Shown here piece by piece: positions 1 to 9,714 of a stretch of 32,000 nt of DNA. Origin of the DNA: Candidatus Saccharimonadota bacterium (GTDB lineage Bacteria > Pseudomonadota > Gammaproteobacteria > Enterobacterales > Enterobacteriaceae); the NCBI RefSeq assembly GCF_000973505.1, contig NZ_CP010048.1, forward strand, positions 690,001 to 722,000, given 5' to 3'. The notes below the pieces were generated by a model. It had not been told where the DNA came from, made no database searches, and saw only the letters and a list, made by a program, of their open reading frames with translations. Each line of letters opens with the position of its first letter. Positions within the stretch are counted from its first letter, which is position 1. A program made the position numbers and the translations under genes.

Positions 1-336
1 ACTTATATAACTTAATACCAAACTACCATAGAAAAACATGGCTTATAAACTGCAAACTAATAGTAATTAGTAACAGATTAGCCATACACGCTAAAATACT
101 AGGTTGGAAAAATATTACTATCGTAACCACAACAAACAAAAAAAAACTAATAAATACACTACTAAATATATAATAATACACAACAATAGTTATAAAAAAA
201 ATTTCAAAAAAACACAAAACTAAACCAACTTATAATCCAAAAACAAACTTATAAAAAACTATAACAAAATACATAATAATACTGCTATTACTCTATCGGA
301 AACTAATATTTTCGCACTTAAAAAAACTCTTAAAAA

Positions 337-410
337 TCGGCGAGAGAGGATTTGAACCTCCGACCCGCTGGTCCCAAACCAGCTGCGCTACCAAACTGCG
401 CTACTCGCCG
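337..410 (-). tRNA. proM: tRNA-Pro (anticodon UGG)
   Basis: The reverse complement reads CGGCGAGTAGCGCAGTTTGGTAGCGCAGCTGGTTTGGGACCAGCGGGTCGGAGGTTCAAATCCTCTCTCGCCGA. It has a 7-bp acceptor stem, anticodon loop TTTGGGA and a T-loop GGTTCAAATCC, and is near-identical to E. coli proM as I recall it. It is the last member of the argX-hisR-leuT-proM order. The 3' CCA is not encoded. Confidence 0.93.
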
Positions 411-468
411 TTTCAATCACATTGAAAATAATATATGATTACAATAAATATATTTTATCCTATAACAT

Positions 469-555
469 TGCGAAGGAAGGGATTCGAACCCTTACATCTA
501 AAACAAAGATACTAATATCTGAAACTAGCGCGTATACCAATTCCGCCACCTCCGC
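469..555 (-). tRNA. leuT: tRNA-Leu (anticodon CAG), long variable arm
   Basis: The reverse complement starts GCGGAGGTGGCGGAATTGGTATACGCGCTAGTTTCAGATATTAG and ends AAGGGTTCGAATCCCTTCCTTCGCA. The anticodon loop is TTCAGAT, it is a class II tRNA with a long variable arm, and it closely matches E. coli leuT. CCA is not encoded. Confidence 0.9.
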
Positions 556-608
556 AAAATAAATATTTAAAATAATTCTACCCTACTTTTAATCAAAATA
601 TATAACTG

Positions 609-682
609 GGTGATTGATGGGATTCGAACCCACGACGACTGGAACCACAATCCAGGGCTCTACCTGCTGAGCTACAATCACC
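609..682 (-). tRNA. hisR: tRNA-His (anticodon GUG) with encoded G-1
   Basis: The reverse complement reads GGTGATTGTAGCTCAGCAGGTAGAGCCCTGGATTGTGGTTCCAGTCGTCGTGGGTTCGAATCCCATCAATCACC. The anticodon loop is TTGTGGT and the extra 5' G pairs with C73, as is typical for tRNA-His. It is followed by CA-G rather than a full CCA. Confidence 0.92.
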
Positions 683-734
683 ATTTTTTTACAATTTTAT
701 CCTATACACCGCTATACAAGACAGACATAATACA

Positions 735-808
735 CGCGTCCGACAGGATTTGAACCTGAAACCTCTGTCTTCGGAGGACAGTGCTCTTCCAAAATAAGCT
801 ACGGACGC
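735..808 (-). tRNA. argX: tRNA-Arg (anticodon CCG)
   Basis: The reverse complement reads GCGTCCGTAGCTTATTTTGGAAGAGCACTGTCCTCCGAAGACAGAGGTTTCAGGTTCAAATCCTGTCGGACGCG. The anticodon loop is CTCCGAA and the sequence matches E. coli argX. It is the first gene of the four-tRNA cluster on the minus strand. CCA is not encoded. Confidence 0.92.
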
Positions 809-997
809 CAATATACCTTTATAAAATATTTTAAAACTAAAGTATTTTAAAACTATTAATAATTATCACAACAACACTTTCACATTCAATACCATCACAC
901 TGACAACAATAATTAAACAAATTCTAGTTAAAGACACCATAAAACTCAACATTACAACAAAAATTTATCAAAAAAACAAATAAAAATATTAATTGAA

Positions 998-2257
998 TCA
1001 AGCACGTTTCATCATATCAAAGAATTCATTATTAGTTCTCGTCATTGATAATTTATTCATCATAAACTCCATAGCGTCAATTTCCCCCATTGGATGAATA
1101 ATTTTACGCAAAATCCATATTTTTTGTAACTCATCTTGAGTAGTTAATAACTCTTCTTTTCGAGTACCTGAACGATTATAATCAATAGCAGGAAACACTC
1201 GCTTTTCAGCAATTTTTCTAGAAAGATGCAGTTCCATATTACCGGTTCCTTTAAATTCTTCATAAATAATCTCATCCATTTTAGAACCGGTATCAATTAA
1301 AGCCGTAGCAATAATAGTCAAACTACCACCTTCTTCCATATTACGCGCCGCTCCAAAAAACCTCTTTGGACGATGCAAAGCGTTAGCATCAACACCCCCA
1401 GTTAAAACTTTTCCAGACGCTGGAACAATAGTATTATAAGCCCTTGCTAATCTAGTAATAGAATCTAATAAAATAACAACATCTTTTTTGTGTTCCACTA
1501 GACGCTTTGCTTTTTCAACAACCATTTCAGAAACTTGAACATGACGAGAAGCAGGTTCATCAAAAGTAGATGCAATTACTTCGCCTTTAACTAGCCGTTG
1601 CATTTCAGTAACCTCTTCAGGGCGCTCATCAATTAAAAGAACCATTAATACACAATCTGGATAATTATAAGTAATACTCTGAGCAATATTTTGTAATAAT
1701 ATGGTCTTACCAGCTTTTGGAGGCGCTACAATTAAACCTCGTTGACCACGACCAATTGGAGAGGCTAAATCTAAAACCCTAGCGGTTAAATCCTCAGTAG
1801 AACCATTACCTCTTTCCATACGTAATCTAGAATTAGCATGCAAAGGAGTTAAATTTTCGAACAAAATTTTATTTCGAGCATTTTCTGGCTTATCATAATT
1901 AACATCACTCACTTTCAATAATGCAAAATAACGTTCTCCCTCCTTTGGAGGACGAATTTTACCAGAAATAGTATCACCAGTTCGTAAATTAAACCGACGG
2001 ATTTGACTAGGAGAAACATAAATATCATCTGGGCCAGCAAGATATGAACTATCACTAGAACGAAGAAATCCGAAACCATCTTGTAAAATTTCTAATACAC
2101 CATCACCAAAAATATCCTCACCACTTTTAGCATGCTGTTTGAAAATAGCAAAAATAATATCTTGCTTACGCATACGAGCTAAATTTTCTAATCCCATGCC
2201 TTCACCAAGAATTACTAACTCAGGAACCGGCATATTTTTTAATTCGGTAAGATTCAT
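998..2257 (-). CDS. rho: Transcription termination factor Rho
   Basis: This is a 419-aa ORF with ATG at 2257-2255 and a TGA stop. The product is almost identical over its full length to E. coli Rho, for example [43 protein letters not shown], Walker A APPKAGKT and [20 protein letters not shown]. Confidence 0.98.
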   Translation of the reverse strand: MNLTELKNMPVPELVILGEGMGLENLARMRKQDIIFAIFKQHAKSGEDIFGDGVLEILQDGFGFLRSSDSSYLAGPDDIYVSPSQIRRFNLRTGDTISGKIRPPKEGERYFALLKVSDVNYDKPENARNKILFENLTPLHANSRLRMERGNGSTEDLTARVLDLASPIGRGQRGLIVAPPKAGKTILLQNIAQSITYNYPDCVLMVLLIDERPEEVTEMQRLVKGEVIASTFDEPASRHVQVSEMVVEKAKRLVEHKKDVVILLDSITRLARAYNTIVPASGKVLTGGVDANALHRPKRFFGAARNMEEGGSLTIIATALIDTGSKMDEIIYEEFKGTGNMELHLSRKIAEKRVFPAIDYNRSGTRKEELLTTQDELQKIWILRKIIHPMGEIDAMEFMMNKLSMTRTNNEFFDMMKRA

Positions 2258-2653
2258 AATTTTGAATTCTTAACTTGCGATAATACATCTTGCTCGAACG
2301 TAAAATGACATGACAAATGGTAATATGAATAAATCATATTTTTAAAAAAAGTAAACAAACCAAACCACCACTTCATAATCTTTTCAGATATGAAGAAACA
2401 ATAATAAAGTATTATAATCAGACACAATTCAATTATAAAAAAATAAACAACACTCAACAAAATAATCACACACTTAACATATACCTAACTCATAAACAGT
2501 ATAATCATACAACACTAAATCCTCCATAACCAGTATATTATTAAAAACAACGACAACCAGAAAACATTATAATAACACAAACATCAAAAAACGTCTACAC
2601 AGATCATAACAAAAATAATTGCACATATCAAAATCCTACTACTGAAAAAAACT

Positions 2654-2989
2654 TTATAAATTAATATTTAAAAACTCACATAACTCCTTTTTTGATAACA
2701 CACCAATTTTACTAGAAATCATCACACATTTTCGAAATAACAACAATGTTGGAATACTACGAATATTATATTTCTTAACTGTTAATGAATTCCCATCAAC
2801 ATTGAACTTCCCAAATTGCACTGTTTCATGATATTCAATAGCTATTTCATCAAATACAGGAGAAAATATTTTACATGGATTGCACCATTCTGCCCAAAAA
2901 TCAACCAAAAACAATTTATTCTCCTGTGCCTGAAGATAACTATCAAAATTAACATCGTTTAACACAAGTACCAAACTGGTCTCTATCAT
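2654..2989 (-). CDS. trxA: Thioredoxin 1 (active site WCNPC instead of WCGPC)
   Basis: This is a 111-aa ORF with an ATG start. It is collinear with E. coli TrxA (LVDFWAEWCxPCK, IRSIPTLLLF, IGVLSKKEL). It sits immediately upstream of rho, as in E. coli. Confidence 0.92.
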   Translation of the reverse strand: MIETSLVLVLNDVNFDSYLQAQENKLFLVDFWAEWCNPCKIFSPVFDEIAIEYHETVQFGKFNVDGNSLTVKKYNIRSIPTLLLFRKCVMISSKIGVLSKKELCEFLNINL

Positions 2990-3075
2990 AACTATTACAC
3001 CTCATCATAACTACATAATAACTATCTATATTTATATTTATGATATAAAAAACTATCAACCCTCATCTATAATCC

Positions 3076-4551
3076 TCAAATAACTTCAACCACCTTCATA
3101 TCCTGCATATTACTACGAAGAAACTTACCAATTTTTTCAATTGGATGATTGCGAATAATATGATTAACTTTATATAAATTAATGTTATCAACCTTAATAT
3201 CTTTAACAAACATCCCTAAATCCTCAATTGTCAAATTAGAAGACATAAAACTACTTAACACAGGCGATGCAGAATCACTAAATAAATAACTACCATATTC
3301 AGCCGTATCAGAAATCACTAAATTCATTTCATTCAATCGTTTTCGAGCAATAGTATTAGCAATTAAAGGCAACTCATGAAGGGACTCATAATACGCTAAC
3401 TCCTCACTAATACCACATTGCACCATAATTTCAAAAGATAACTCTACACCAGCACGTATCATAGCGACCATAAAAATACACCGATCAAAATACATCTGCT
3501 CATCAATATAATCTTGACACACTGGTGCTTGCTCAAAATTAGAAAAACTATTTTTTTCACGCCATTTTCTCAATTTAACATCATTATTTTTCCAATCTGA
3601 TATTATTTCCTGAGAAAATGTACCAGTAATAATATTATTCATATGCTCTTCAAATAAAGGACGCAACAACACTTTTAACTTTTCAGATAAATCAAATACA
3701 CGTATTTTACTACTATTAGACAAACGATCAAACATTAATGTAATCCCACCATGCTTTAAAGATTCAGTAATTACCGACCAACCATACTGAATTAACTTAC
3801 CAGCATAAGATGCATCAATACCATTAGAAACCATCTTGTTAAAACATAAATCAGAACCAATTTGCAACATACCACATAATATCGTTTGTTCACCCATTAA
3901 ATCCGATTTCACTTCCGCAACAAAAGATGTCTCTAAAACTCCAGCACGATGACTACCAATTGATTCTGCCCAAGACATTGCTAATAAAATACCTTCATGT
4001 TGTGGATCATTCTCAGAATGTACAGCAATTAAAGACGGAACACCAAACCCTCGACAATACTCCTCACGAACTTCAGTACCAGGACATTTCGGGGCAACCA
4101 TAACAACAGTAATATCCTTTCTAATTTGTTCACCACACTCTACAATATGAAAACCATGCGAATAACCTAAAAAAGCTCCATATTTCATTAATGGTTGAAT
4201 CCGTTTAACCACTTCAGAATGACACTTATCAGGAGCTAAATTAATTACTACATCAGACGATGGCACTATATTTTCATATGTACCAACCAAAAAACCATGT
4301 TTAAGCACATTCCGATAAGAAACTGTCTTGTGAACAATCGATTCATCACGTAAAATATATGAAACATCAATACCAGAATCCCTCATGTTTAAACCTTGAT
4401 TTAAACCTTGCGAACCACATCCAATAATTGCAACTTTTTTAGTTTGTAAATATCCTACAACCTTAGAAAATTCTGAACGGTGAATAAATCGACACCTTTT
4501 TAAGTGCTTTACCTTTTGAAGAAACGTTAACGTACTAAAATAATCAACCAT
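3076..4551 (-). CDS. ilvC: Ketol-acid reductoisomerase
   Basis: This is a 491-aa ORF with an ATG start, the same length as E. coli IlvC. Collinear motifs include [53 protein letters not shown] and [20 protein letters not shown]. Confidence 0.97.
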   Translation of the reverse strand: MVDYFSTLTFLQKVKHLKRCRFIHRSEFSKVVGYLQTKKVAIIGCGSQGLNQGLNMRDSGIDVSYILRDESIVHKTVSYRNVLKHGFLVGTYENIVPSSDVVINLAPDKCHSEVVKRIQPLMKYGAFLGYSHGFHIVECGEQIRKDITVVMVAPKCPGTEVREEYCRGFGVPSLIAVHSENDPQHEGILLAMSWAESIGSHRAGVLETSFVAEVKSDLMGEQTILCGMLQIGSDLCFNKMVSNGIDASYAGKLIQYGWSVITESLKHGGITLMFDRLSNSSKIRVFDLSEKLKVLLRPLFEEHMNNIITGTFSQEIISDWKNNDVKLRKWREKNSFSNFEQAPVCQDYIDEQMYFDRCIFMVAMIRAGVELSFEIMVQCGISEELAYYESLHELPLIANTIARKRLNEMNLVISDTAEYGSYLFSDSASPVLSSFMSSNLTIEDLGMFVKDIKVDNINLYKVNHIIRNHPIEKIGKFLRSNMQDMKVVEVI

Positions 4552-4890
4552 AATTTATCACTCCGCACTTAAATTTATAAATTACACCTAATTCAAAAAA
4601 TATAAAAACAACATAAATAATCAAACAACATAACGTAATACAACTTTTGTAATTGTAATATATCACTTTTAAAATAAAAATACACAAAAAATCAAAAAAA
4701 TGACAAAACATACAAACGCTAACAAACCACAATACAACAAATAAACAAACGCTTACACACAAACACACCTCAATAAAATATTCACGTATATCATAATCAA
4801 TAATATAACAACAACACCTAGTTTTTCATCACTAACAAAAAAAAATCATCAACATCCTCACAACAAAATAATTTACTACACAAATTCTCA

Positions 4891-6462
4891 TTAAAAATTA
4901 TCACATACTTTATTCGATAAAAAAAAACGATATGCTGGACTAGCTGTCACGTCATGATAATTGTAACCTAATTTTGATAAATGATCATTGAATTCAGGTT
5001 CTTCAACATCTAACTCAAAACCAGCTAAAACGCGACCATAATTAGTACCGTAACTACGATAATGAAATAAAGAAATATTCCATCGAGTACCAAGAGTATG
5101 AAGAAATTTTAATAAAGCACCAGATAATTCCGGAAAATCAAAACTAAAAATACGTTCACGCAATCCTTTGGATAATTTTCCACCTATCATATATCTTATA
5201 TGCAATTTAGCCATTTCATCATCAGACAAATCTACAACATCATAACCACCAACTTGTATTTCTTTAAGTATCTCCGTCTTTTCAGAACCACCTCGTAATA
5301 AACGAACACTAACAAATATACAAACCGTATTTGAATCATTATAACGATAATTAAATTCAGTAACAGATCGATTACCTAATAATTTACAAAACTCCAAAAA
5401 TCCACCTTTCACTTTAGGAATAGTCACAGCCATTAATACTTCACGTTGTTCACCCAATTCACACCGTTCCGAAACATAACGTAATTCATGAAAATTAACA
5501 TTCGCACCAGAAAGAACATGAGCTAACCTCTCCCCCTGAAGATTACGCACCTGAATATATTTCTTCATTCCAGCTAAAGCTAATGCCCCTGAAGGTTCAG
5601 CAATAGCACGAACATCTTCAAACAAATCCTTAACAGCCGCACATATAGCATCACTATCAACGGTAATAACATCATCTAAATACTTTCGACACAAACGAAA
5701 CGTTTCATGACCCACACAACGCACAGCTACACCTTCAGCAAATAAACCAATTTTATGCAAATATACAGGACCCCCCGCAGATAAAGCCGCACACAAAGAT
5801 GCAGACTCTTCAGCCTCAACACCTATAACTTTAATATGGGGCATTAAATGCTTAATTAATACAGAAACTCCTGCAGCCAATCCACCACCACCAACAGGTA
5901 TAAAAACACGATCTAAACTAGTATCTTGTTGCAATAGTTCCATTGCTAACGTAGCTTGCCCAGCAATAATTGCAGGATGATCAAATGGAGGAATAAAAGT
6001 TAAATTACGCTCTTTAGCTAATCGTATAGCCTCCAATTGTGCTTCATCAAAATTAGCTCCCCATAATATCAACTCTCCACCAAATCCCCGTACTGCATTT
6101 ATTTTAATATCTGCAGTATTTTTAGGCATTACAATTAACGAAAAAATACCAAGTTTTCTTGCAGAAAGAGCTACCCCTTGAGCATGATTACCTGCTGAAG
6201 CAGTAATAACCCCACGAGACTTTTTTACATTACTTAAACTGGAAATCATCGCATAAGCACCCCTCAATTTAAAACTATGTACCAACTGTCTATCTTCACG
6301 CTTTACTAATATAGTATTAGAAAAACGTTCAGAAAGATTTTTCATAATTTGTAACGGGGTAACTTTAACTACCTCATATACTTGAGAACGTAAAGCAGCA
6401 CGTAAATACTCCACCGGACGGGGCATAGCAGAAAGACCACCATTAAAATCTTTCATAATCAT
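4891..6462 (-). CDS. ilvA: Biosynthetic threonine dehydratase (threonine deaminase)
   Basis: The ORF aligns end to end with E. coli IlvA (VHSFKLRGAYAM, ITASAGNHAQGVA, the VGGGGLAAGV PLP loop, and the C-terminal regulatory domain NISLFHYRSYGTNYGRVL). The open frame extends to a GTG at 6474. I prefer the ATG at 6462 because an AAGGTGA Shine-Dalgarno-like motif lies about 8 nt upstream. The ATG at 6456 is also possible. Confidence 0.95.
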   Translation of the reverse strand: MIMKDFNGGLSAMPRPVEYLRAALRSQVYEVVKVTPLQIMKNLSERFSNTILVKREDRQLVHSFKLRGAYAMISSLSNVKKSRGVITASAGNHAQGVALSARKLGIFSLIVMPKNTADIKINAVRGFGGELILWGANFDEAQLEAIRLAKERNLTFIPPFDHPAIIAGQATLAMELLQQDTSLDRVFIPVGGGGLAAGVSVLIKHLMPHIKVIGVEAEESASLCAALSAGGPVYLHKIGLFAEGVAVRCVGHETFRLCRKYLDDVITVDSDAICAAVKDLFEDVRAIAEPSGALALAGMKKYIQVRNLQGERLAHVLSGANVNFHELRYVSERCELGEQREVLMAVTIPKVKGGFLEFCKLLGNRSVTEFNYRYNDSNTVCIFVSVRLLRGGSEKTEILKEIQVGGYDVVDLSDDEMAKLHIRYMIGGKLSKGLRERIFSFDFPELSGALLKFLHTLGTRWNISLFHYRSYGTNYGRVLAGFELDVEEPEFNDHLSKLGYNYHDVTASPAYRFFLSNKVCDNF

Positions 6463-6479
6463 TAAATCACTCACCTTAC

Positions 6480-8327
6480 TTACAATAACTGAGATTTATC
6501 ACGTACCGCACCTTTATCAGCACTAGTAGCTAATTGAGCATATGCTTTTAAAGCAAAAGAAATATTTCTAATTCTACTACGCGGAGTCCACGCTCGATGC
6601 ATACGAGCTAATTCCATACTTTTACGACTTTCTAATTCAATATCTGAAACATTTAAAACAATACTACGATCAAAAATATTAATATCGATCATATCTCCAT
6701 CACATACTAAACCTATCAAACCAGCACTAGCAGCTTCTGGAGAAATATGACCTATAGATAAACCAGAAGTACCACCAGAAAAACGACCATCTGTAATCAA
6801 CCCACAAGATTTATCTAACTTCATAGATTTAAGAAAAGAAGTGGGATACAACATTTCTTGCATACCTGGGCCACCCTTTGGCCCTTCATAACGAATCACT
6901 ATTACAGTACCTGGTAAAATCCCACCAGACAATATAGCGTCTGACGCTTCCTCCTGACTTTCATATACTTTCGCTGTACCAGAAAATTTTCGCATATTAA
7001 ACGCCACCCCTGCGGTTTTTATTAAACACCCATTTGCAGCGAGATTCCCATAAAGTACTGCTAAACCTCCATATTGACTATATGCATATTCACAAGAACG
7101 AATACAGCCATAACGGCGATCAGTATCCAATGAAGGCCAGCGACATCTTTGAGTAAAAGCCTCACTAGTACGAATTCCTGCAGGTGCTGCAGAATACATG
7201 CTTCTTACAGAAGCATTATTAGAAACCATAACATCATAACATGTTAATATTTCTGATAATGATTTTCCAATCACATTACAAACGCCCTGATTTAAAAAAC
7301 CTGCACGATCTAATTCCCCTAAAATACCTATCACACCTCCCGCACGATGAAGATCTTCCATATAATATTGATTTGTATTTGGAGACAACTTACACAAATG
7401 AGGAATATTCCGAGATAAACGATCCACATCCGATATTGTAAAATCTATATCACCTTCCTGTGCCGAAGCTAATAAATGCAAAACAGTATTAGTTGAACCA
7501 CCCATAGCAATATCCAACATCATAGCATTTTCAAAAGCTAATTTATTAGCAATACTTCTCGGTAATACAGTGTCATCATTGTCCTCATAAAACGACTTGG
7601 TTAATTTAACAATATAGCGACCCGCATCTACAAATAATTTTTTACGATCATAATGAGTTGCCAATAAGGAACCATTTCCAGGCTGAGCCAATCCTAAAGC
7701 TTCAAGCAAACAATTCATAGAATTAGCAGTAAACATACCGGAACATGAACCACAAGTTGGACACGATAAACTTTCAATGTAACGACTATCACCATCAGAA
7801 ATAGTAGAATCAGCCCCATAAACAATAGCATCTACTAAACTTAATCTAACATTCTTATTAAAGAATACAGCTCTACCAGATTCCATGGGGCCACCAGACA
7901 CAAAAATTGTTGGAATATTTAAACGTAGAGCAGCCATCAACATCCCAGGAGTAATCTTATCACAATTAGAAATACACACCATTGCATCTACACAATGAGC
8001 ATTAATCACATACTCTATAGAATCAGCAATTAACTCTCTAGACGGCAAAGAATATAACATGCCACTATGTCCCATCGCAATTCCATCATCTATAGCAATA
8101 GTATTAAATTCTCTCGCAATACCACCACAAGCATAAATTTCTTGTGCTACCAACTGCCCTACATTTCGCAAATGAATATGACCAGGAACAAATTGACTAA
8201 AAGAATTAACAACAGCAATAATCATTTTTCCAAAATCAGAATCAGTCATACCAGTCGCACGCCATAAAGCACGAGCACCAGACATATTTCTACCAGAAAT
8301 AGTAGCAAAAGAACGGTACTTAGACAT
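6480..8327 (-). CDS. ilvD: Dihydroxy-acid dehydratase
   Basis: This is a 615-aa ORF with an ATG start. Collinear IlvD motifs include [37 protein letters not shown], the Fe-S cluster cysteines and [16 protein letters not shown]. Confidence 0.97.
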   Translation of the reverse strand: MSKYRSFATISGRNMSGARALWRATGMTDSDFGKMIIAVVNSFSQFVPGHIHLRNVGQLVAQEIYACGGIAREFNTIAIDDGIAMGHSGMLYSLPSRELIADSIEYVINAHCVDAMVCISNCDKITPGMLMAALRLNIPTIFVSGGPMESGRAVFFNKNVRLSLVDAIVYGADSTISDGDSRYIESLSCPTCGSCSGMFTANSMNCLLEALGLAQPGNGSLLATHYDRKKLFVDAGRYIVKLTKSFYEDNDDTVLPRSIANKLAFENAMMLDIAMGGSTNTVLHLLASAQEGDIDFTISDVDRLSRNIPHLCKLSPNTNQYYMEDLHRAGGVIGILGELDRAGFLNQGVCNVIGKSLSEILTCYDVMVSNNASVRSMYSAAPAGIRTSEAFTQRCRWPSLDTDRRYGCIRSCEYAYSQYGGLAVLYGNLAANGCLIKTAGVAFNMRKFSGTAKVYESQEEASDAILSGGILPGTVIVIRYEGPKGGPGMQEMLYPTSFLKSMKLDKSCGLITDGRFSGGTSGLSIGHISPEAASAGLIGLVCDGDMIDINIFDRSIVLNVSDIELESRKSMELARMHRAWTPRSRIRNISFALKAYAQLATSADKGAVRDKSQLL

Positions 8328-8458
8328 AATTAATTACAACCCCGCCGGTAATATTATAGATGTTTATTATTGTAACCTACATATATATATTTATAATACA
8401 ACAATAATACATCTATATTACAACAATATTAATAAAATGTAACTATAAAAATATATTA

Positions 8459-9403
8459 CTATATATTAACTCGATCTAACCAATGCCATTTATCACGTGT
8501 TATTCCAGTAAATAACCCCAAAAATAATTCCTGTAATTTCTTTGTAACTGAACCTCGCTTACCAGTACCAATAAAAATACCATCAACACTACGAACCGGA
8601 ATAATTTCAGACGCAGTCCCAGAAATAAAAATTTCATCTGCCAAATACAAAGATTCACGGGAAAACACCTCCTCTTTAACAACTAACCCAGAATCCTCCA
8701 ATAACTTTATTATCGCAGCACGTGTAATACCGGGTAAAATAGATGAACTTAATGGAGGAGTAAAAACAATTTCATCTTTAACTATAAATATGTTTTCACC
8801 AGAACATTCCGAAACATAACCATGTATATCTAAACCAATTCCTTCTTGATAACCATGACGACGCGCCTCATTACTAATTAATAATGATGATAAATAATTA
8901 CCTCCTGCCTTAGACATAGTAGGAATAGTATCGGCTGGTACGCGACGCCAAGAAGAAACCATTACATCAATACCTTCCTCAAAAGATTTGTTACCTAAAT
9001 ACACTGGCCAATAAAATACTGCAATAACAACATCAGTGTGATAATGATTATGAAATGTTGGATCAATGTCTATCCCAACATCTCCATTAAAAATTAATGG
9101 CCTAATATAAATATTATTATTATTAACCAATTTATTTTTTTTTAAAATAGAACGACATGCATCCATTAATTGATCTATACTCCAAATAACCGACATACGA
9201 TAAATTTTAGCAGAATTAAGCAATCGCTGCATATGTTCACGATGACAAAAAATCACTGGTCCTTGATATGAATCATAACAACGAATACCTTCAAAAACTG
9301 ATGTCCCATAATGCAAAGCATGAGACATCACGTGCACTTTAGCTGCATTCCATAATATAATTTCTCCATTAAACCAAATAAAATCAGTTCTCTTTATTGT
9401 CAT
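8459..9403 (-). CDS. ilvE: Branched-chain amino acid aminotransferase
   Basis: This is a 314-aa ORF with an ATG start. It is collinear with E. coli IlvE (IWFNGE, KVHVMSHALHYGTSVFEGIRCYDS, KAGGNYLSSLL, RESLYLADE, DKWHWLDRVN). Confidence 0.97.
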   Translation of the reverse strand: MTIKRTDFIWFNGEIILWNAAKVHVMSHALHYGTSVFEGIRCYDSYQGPVIFCHREHMQRLLNSAKIYRMSVIWSIDQLMDACRSILKKNKLVNNNNIYIRPLIFNGDVGIDIDPTFHNHYHTDVVIAVFYWPVYLGNKSFEEGIDVMVSSWRRVPADTIPTMSKAGGNYLSSLLISNEARRHGYQEGIGLDIHGYVSECSGENIFIVKDEIVFTPPLSSSILPGITRAAIIKLLEDSGLVVKEEVFSRESLYLADEIFISGTASEIIPVRSVDGIFIGTGKRGSVTKKLQELFLGLFTGITRDKWHWLDRVNI

Positions 9404-9431
9404 TTTTATCTCTAATTAAATGTTATTTATG

Positions 9432-9701
9432 CTAGTTAATACGATTATAATTTTTAGTAGCACCTTGTACAACCACACATGAAACATCTATTAACTTATT
9501 TAAATGTTCACATAATACATCAATAGAACGTTTGCTCATCAAAGTTATATAAATATGCAATGTGTTATTTGTTAAATGACTGCATGGTAACATATTTAAT
9601 GCATATAACACAAAACCTCTATGGCGAATTACACGAAGAATCCTTTCAACCACCTCTGGACGAAATTTAACTTCAATATATAAAAAATAATAAATCATCA
9701 T
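9432..9701 (-). CDS. ilvM: Acetolactate synthase II small (regulatory) subunit
   Basis: The supplied ORF start at 9722 is a TTG overlapping ilvG. The ATG-ATG at 9701/9698 gives MMIYYFLYIEVKFRPEVVERILRVIRHRGF, which aligns with the E. coli IlvM N-terminus MMQHQVNVSARFNPETLERVLRVVRHRGF. The resulting length of 89 aa compares with 87 aa in E. coli. Confidence 0.88.
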   Translation of the reverse strand: MMIYYFLYIEVKFRPEVVERILRVIRHRGFVLYALNMLPCSHLTNNTLHIYITLMSKRSIDVLCEHLNKLIDVSCVVVQGATKNYNRIN

Positions 9702-9714
9702 ATTATCTGTGTAC

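Noticed and set aside
23-217. 64-aa minus-strand ORF (MCFFEIFFITIVVYYYIF...) and similar intergenic minus-strand ORFs at 2254-2469, 4544-4768 and 19389-19643.
   Set aside because: Their products are almost pure F/L/I/V/Y/C, as expected from translating the T-rich complement of A-rich spacer DNA in which stop codons are rare. They have no recognisable motifs or ribosome-binding sites, and they overlap the starts of real genes (rho, ilvC, tpiA). They are compositional artefacts.
455-706. TTATCC in the tRNA spacers as partial DnaA boxes (TTATCCACA).
   Set aside because: Only 6 of 9 positions match and there is no cluster of boxes, no AT-rich 13-mers in the proper arrangement and no skew switch. 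This is not an origin.
2254-2469. Possibility that the 71-aa ORF upstream of rho is an rhoL-type leader peptide.
   Set aside because: E. coli rhoL is about 33 aa and unrelated in sequence. This ORF is hydrophobic filler overlapping the rho start, with no support beyond its position.
7241-8267. Antisense or alternate-frame ORFs inside real genes: 7241-7441 and 8067-8267 in ilvD, 8500-8682 in ilvE, 11147-11338 in ilvG, 17945-18181 opposite ftsN, 19896-20162 in tpiA, 23553-23801 in gpsA, and 25473-25688, 26540-26740, 27169-27354, 28614-28862, 29418-29627, 30346-30729 and 30948-31145 in the LPS genes.
   Set aside because: Each lies wholly within a strongly homology-supported CDS, in another frame or on the other strand. 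Their products are low complexity with no recognisable domains.
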